From a bacterium (GTDB taxonomy: Bacteria > Muiribacteriota > UBA6191), in contig JAYZAC010000061.1 in the NCBI GenBank assembly GCA_036339875.1, positions 1-12,053 of the forward strand: a stretch of DNA of 12,053 nt, in the 5' to 3' direction. Within the stretch, counting starts at the first letter, position 1, and each line of letters starts with the position of its first letter. Below are positions 8,685 through 12,053 of this stretch, in pieces. The notes under the pieces were generated by a model. It saw only the letters and a program-made list of their open reading frames with translations, was not told the DNA's origin and did no database searches. A program made the translations under genes and the position numbers.

Positions 8685-9812
8685 ATGAGAGACTTAGCAC
8701 CCCCTTCTCTTGATAAGATTCAACCCTACAAACCTAAGTCTATCTCTGAAAGTGTAGTCGCAGAGTTTAATTCTTCAGGCGGATTACACAATTTGGCGGC
8801 CAATGAAAATCCTCTGGGAGTGAGCCCAAAGGTTCTTGAAATCTTAGTCAATGAGTTACCTACTAAACTTCATCGTTATAGCATTTCAAATCAAGAGGAC
8901 TTACGTACTGATTTAGCAAAATTTTATGATATCGATTCAGATTGGATCCACTTGGGAGCAGGTATTGAAGAAATTTTGACCCACATTAGCCGAGTATTTA
9001 TTTCCAATCATGATGATGTAATATTATCAGAGCAAACGTTTCCACTCTACAAAGTAAATAATCAGCTTCAGGGTGCAATGCAGCATTTTGTAGGTTTGAA
9101 GAAATTGACTTACGACCTAGATGGTTTTATGAATAAAATTGAGGAGATTCCTGGCGCTCCTCGACTGATTTATTTGTGTAACCCGAATAATCCAACGGGT
9201 ACTATTTTTAATACTAAATCATTTGAAAAACTACTTAATAGAATCCCCCAGGAATGTATCGTAATACTTGATGAAGCTTATTATGAGTATGTGCGTGACA
9301 AGGAATTTCCTTCAGGCGTGAATTATCTTGAGCGAATCCCCCGTTTGATTGTAACGCGAACTTTTTCCAAAGCTTATGGATTGGCAGGACTTCGAGTTGG
9401 ATATAGTATCCAGCATCCAGATATAACCAAACTATTACAAAAACTTAAACCATTACATTCCATTAATAATCTGGCCGAAATTTGTGCTCGAGTTGCCTTG
9501 TCGGATCAGGAGCATTTGTGTGAGGTCGTTCAGCACTGTCATAACGAGTTGGATTTTTTAGAGAGTCAATTGCTGCAATTCAATACCTTTGAAATTGAAG
9601 TACTACGAGGCGAAGCTAACTTTTTAATATGTAAACTACCTTTGGACGCCAGTTTATTTTCAAGTAAATTAATGCGTGACTTCGGTCTTCTGGTAGCTCC
9701 CCTCAACGGTTTTGGGTTGAGTCAATGGATTCGTATAAGTCCGGGTCTTCGTAGTCAAAATAAAAGATTTTTAGACGGTTTAAAGAAAATATTGGAGGAT
9801 TTGCAGTGCTGA
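8685..9812 (+). CDS. hisC: Histidinol-phosphate aminotransferase family PLP enzyme
   Basis: 'LAANENPLG', 'GAGIEEIL', 'YLCNPNNPTG', 'ILDEAYYEY', PLP-lysine motif 'RTFSKAYGLAGLRVGY', 'EANF', 'WIRIS'. No other his genes are adjacent, so an aromatic aminotransferase or CobD-like role cannot be excluded. Confidence 0.8.
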   Translation: MRDLAPPSLDKIQPYKPKSISESVVAEFNSSGGLHNLAANENPLGVSPKVLEILVNELPTKLHRYSISNQEDLRTDLAKFYDIDSDWIHLGAGIEEILTHISRVFISNHDDVILSEQTFPLYKVNNQLQGAMQHFVGLKKLTYDLDGFMNKIEEIPGAPRLIYLCNPNNPTGTIFNTKSFEKLLNRIPQECIVILDEAYYEYVRDKEFPSGVNYLERIPRLIVTRTFSKAYGLAGLRVGYSIQHPDITKLLQKLKPLHSINNLAEICARVALSDQEHLCEVVQHCHNELDFLESQLLQFNTFEIEVLRGEANFLICKLPLDASLFSSKLMRDFGLLVAPLNGFGLSQWIRISPGLRSQNKRFLDGLKKILEDLQC

Positions 9813-10429
9813 GGTATATGCAAGTAAATGAGGGCTTATTACGTGGAGGAATAGAGGGTTTAAGTGATGAAATCTTAAAGCAGCAATTTATGTTGTATAA
9901 GTCTGCAGTTCAACATCTGAATTCGACTCAAGCCGAATTAGATGCGATGAGAAGAGAAGGCCGATCAGAAAATCTACTATACAGAGAGAGAAATCCAGGA
10001 CCTGCGGCGGAGTGGAATAAAGTTTTGTTGTACGAGCTTTATTTCGAAAATTTGAAGAATGGTAAATCAGATGCATGCGGAAGTTTAACGACAGCTCTAA
10101 AAAGGCGTTGGGGCTCTATAGAGGAATTAAAACTTGAGATTTTGAGGTTATCGAAAAGCCATTACACGAATTGGCTAATCTTGGGATATGACTCATACTC
10201 TGATCAGCTATACTTGCAACAAGTTGACATGCGTGGTCTCGGCTTAATGATCCATCAGTCAGTAATATTATGCCTAAATTTAGCAGAAAGTAGTTACTGC
10301 AGAGATTTTGGAGCACAGGGTAAAAACCAATACGTAGAAGTTCTTCTAGAAAATATAGACTGGAATATTTGTCAATTCAGATACGACAGAGCTCGTGAAG
10401 GTTTACTTCCTTCTCGCCCGTGCTCTTGA
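9806..10429 (+). CDS. Fe/Mn superoxide dismutase-fold protein with degenerate metal site (probable pseudo-enzyme)
   Basis: GTG start with SD GGAGGA (9794-9799), overlapping the hisC stop by 7 nt. SOD scaffold motifs 'GLSDE', 'ELYFENL', 'WGSIEE', 'WLILGYD', 'IL.L...E..Y..DFG', 'YVE..LENIDW'. Expected ligand positions read Q27, Y76, N158 and S162. Confidence 0.8.
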   Translation: MLRYMQVNEGLLRGGIEGLSDEILKQQFMLYKSAVQHLNSTQAELDAMRREGRSENLLYRERNPGPAAEWNKVLLYELYFENLKNGKSDACGSLTTALKRRWGSIEELKLEILRLSKSHYTNWLILGYDSYSDQLYLQQVDMRGLGLMIHQSVILCLNLAESSYCRDFGAQGKNQYVEVLLENIDWNICQFRYDRAREGLLPSRPCS

Positions 10430-10540
10430 GTGGTAACATATTCATTCTTTGAGAATTACAGTGAACTTTGACAAAACTATTCTACAAAAGCTATTTCTCG
10501 TAAACAGTTATCTCATGAATTTCTGATTTGGAGTTTTAAG

Positions 10541-10549
10541 TGTTAGAAT
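10541..10549 (+). promoter_or_regulatory. Candidate extended -10 promoter for the GGDEF/EAL gene
   Basis: TGtTAGAAT about 50 nt upstream of ATG 10600, with TAAGGA SD at 10583-10588. A perfect TTGACA at 10478-10483 followed 17 nt later by a weak TAAACA is a possible second promoter. Confidence 0.4.
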
Positions 10550-10599
10550 CGAAAATCCTCTTTCTTGCAAAGACTGATGAAATAAGGATGTAAAACAAG

Positions 10600-11871
10600 A
10601 TGATTAAAGATTGTCCCAAAGATACCGTCACCGGTTTACCTCTTCTCTGTGACGCTACCATGGAAAAGATTCTGGAAATTTTTGAGAGTCAGCGTTCTCT
10701 GGGGATCATCTACTTAGATGTTTATAATTTAACAAAAATCGAGAATGATTTTGGATCAGACATCTATGATTCAGTACAACGAGATCTTACTGAAGCCATC
10801 TTCGCCCTGCAGGGTAAATATCTAAGGAAGAAGGATTTGGTGATTAAATGTCATGAATATGATGACTCATTTTTGATCATCCTTTCTAAAAAGCGCAATA
10901 TAGGCGGCACAAGGAAAAATGATCTAGAAACCATCACGAGAAGAATACATGCTCATATTAATTCTGGGATTTTTTTCACCACCTATAAGTGGCTAAAATG
11001 TAAACCGAAATTACGCGTGGGTTATTCTTTTCTTGTAAAAAATAATTTATTGAATCCTCAGAGAATGGTATACCGCGCAATTTCTGAAGCTAGAATGATG
11101 AGTTCTTTTCACATTTACAATACTGAAATTCGTTATAAAGAATCGCTACAGCAAATCATACTCGATGAGGAAATTAAAACGGTGTATCAGCCTATTGTGC
11201 ATACAGAGACGGGTGAGATTTTTTCTTATGAGGCTTTAAGTCGGGGCCCTGAAGGTAGCGAATTCTTCAACCCTCTATTCTTATTTGAAATAGCCAAAGA
11301 TAGCGAATTACTTTTTGAGTTAGATAATGTTTGTCGTAAGAAAGCGATCGATAATGCGGTGGCTTTGGACCCTAAGTTAAAATTGTTTATTAACGCTTTA
11401 CCTACAACCATACACGAAGCCTCTTTTCGGGAAGTTTACTTGAAAGAGTTTATGGAAAAATATGAACTTCGTCCCGAGAATCTGGTGTTTGAAATAACAG
11501 AAAGTCTCGCAATTCAGAACAACGAGACTTTTATGGCTGATATCCGCCGCTATACTGCTGATGGTTATCAAATTGCTATCGATGATACTGGGACTGGATA
11601 GTCAAGTTTTTAAACAATATTGAAAATCAAACCTCATTATATCAAGATTGATATCTCGATGATTCGCAATGTGGATACTGACCCACTGAAACAAACCATG
11701 ATTGAAGCTTTGGTTAATATAGCCAGTTCCATTAATGCGAGAACAGTCGCAGAGGGAGTGGAAACAGTTCCGGAGTACAAAAAGATTCAGGAGTTAGGCG
11801 TGGATTTTTGCCAAGGTTATTTGTTTAGTAAGCCCGGTCCACCGTTCCCGGACGTACAAAAATACGTTTAA
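10600..11871 (+). pseudogene. Degenerate-GGDEF + EAL c-di-GMP phosphodiesterase interrupted by two in-frame stops (pseudogene or sequence error)
   Basis: ORFs 10600-11601 and 11620-11871 share one frame and together form one 423-codon gene. GGDEF-like start 'DTVTGLP', 'IIYLDV', degenerate 'EYDDSF'. EAL motifs 'YQPIV', 'YEALSRGP', 'LFIN', 'FEITE', 'IAIDD', 'IKID', 'VAEGVET', 'QGYLFSKP'. The junction reads DDTGTG*SSF*TILKIKP (TAG 11599-11601, TAA 11611-11613). Confidence 0.8.
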
Positions 11872-11896
11872 TTTCAAACTTTTGTAAGGCATTTTC

Positions 11897-11944
11897 TTGC
11901 AATTGGGTTTATACCAAGTAAAATACTCGAAAACTCCAAAGGAG
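11897..11944 (+). promoter_or_regulatory. Candidate sigma70 promoter and Shine-Dalgarno site for the last gene
   Basis: TTGCAA (11897-11902), 16-nt spacer, TAAAAT (11919-11924); AAAGGAG at 11938-11944, 5 nt before ATG 11950. Confidence 0.5.
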
Positions 11945-11949
11945 ATCCC

Positions 11950-12053
11950 ATGGCCAAATCACAAGCCAAATCTACAGCAAAATCCGTAATAAAAGAATTC
12001 ACACATGATTGCGAGAGACATCTCAAATATTCCGTGGTGAAGGATAAATTTAC
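11950..12053 (+). CDS. glgP: Probable glycogen/starch/alpha-glucan phosphorylase, N-terminal fragment truncated by the window edge (not in the ORF track)
   Basis: Strong SD, then MAKSQAKSTAKSVIKEFTHDCERHLKYSVVKDKF(T). 'RHLKYSVVKD' resembles the phosphorylase N-terminal motif (compare RHLHFTLVKD of animal glycogen phosphorylase). Only 34 full codons are visible. Confidence 0.6.
   Translation, partial: MAKSQAKSTAKSVIKEFTHDCERHLKYSVVKDKF

Noticed and set aside
10430..10599. c-di-GMP riboswitch or ATG-TAA minigene (10588-10593) upstream of the EAL gene
   Set aside because: No GEMM consensus or two-stem structure is visible, and the ATGTAA overlaps the SD with no ribosome-binding site of its own.
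84..11411. Short ORFs in the track opposite the main genes (84-290, 2670-2876, 3879-4094, 4909-5118, 5840-6034, 7532-7741, 9888-10076, 10116-10316, 11226-11411)
   Set aside because: All are 61-71 aa, lie antisense within well-supported genes and have no recognisable motifs; they are shadow ORFs.
11599..11613. Alternative genetic code or pyrrolysine recoding to explain the TAG and TAA stops
   Set aside because: TAA is the true terminator of the SBP gene, hfq, acnB and the EAL C-terminal ORF. No other gene has internal stops, and the TAG aligns with a conserved Tyr one base away.
11605..11615. Slippery-looking TTTTTAAAC suggesting programmed frameshifting in the EAL gene
   Set aside because: Both halves of the gene are in the same frame, and the first stop (TAG) precedes the slippery run, so a single frameshift cannot restore the protein.
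11620..11871. 83-aa TTG-start ORF as an independent gene
   Set aside because: It has no SD and is the in-frame C-terminal part of the EAL barrel.
1..12053. Mobile elements, CRISPR arrays, DGR/retron components, tRNA or rRNA
   Set aside because: I saw no transposase, integrase or reverse-transcriptase ORFs, regularly spaced direct repeats, terminal inverted repeats or cloverleaf patterns.

Overview
An AT-rich bacterial chromosomal window read with the standard genetic code; intact genes end in TAA or TGA. In order on the + strand it carries the 3' part of a CUT1 sugar ABC permease, a translationally coupled sugar-binding protein with an unusually long membrane-anchored N-terminal stalk, and a 914-aa exported TPR protein coupled (ATGA overlap) to hfq. 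Aconitase B (acnB) follows on the - strand, convergent with hfq. Divergent from acnB are a HisC-family PLP aminotransferase and an overlapping Fe/Mn-SOD-fold gene. The window ends with a degenerate-GGDEF/EAL gene broken by two in-frame stops and the first 34 codons of a probable glycogen phosphorylase. No mobile elements, CRISPR arrays, tRNA or rRNA were seen. The most notable observations are: (1) the SOD-fold protein appears to have lost all four metal ligands while keeping an intact ORF, making it a candidate pseudo-enzyme co-expressed with hisC; (2) two nonsense codons fall exactly in the EAL loop-6 motif of an otherwise catalytically complete phosphodiesterase; (3) hfq sits in a non-canonical operon behind a TPR protein; (4) a strand-biased multi-hairpin region lies upstream of acnB, and hisC probably has a leaderless promoter. 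All family calls come from motif recognition by eye, not database searches.
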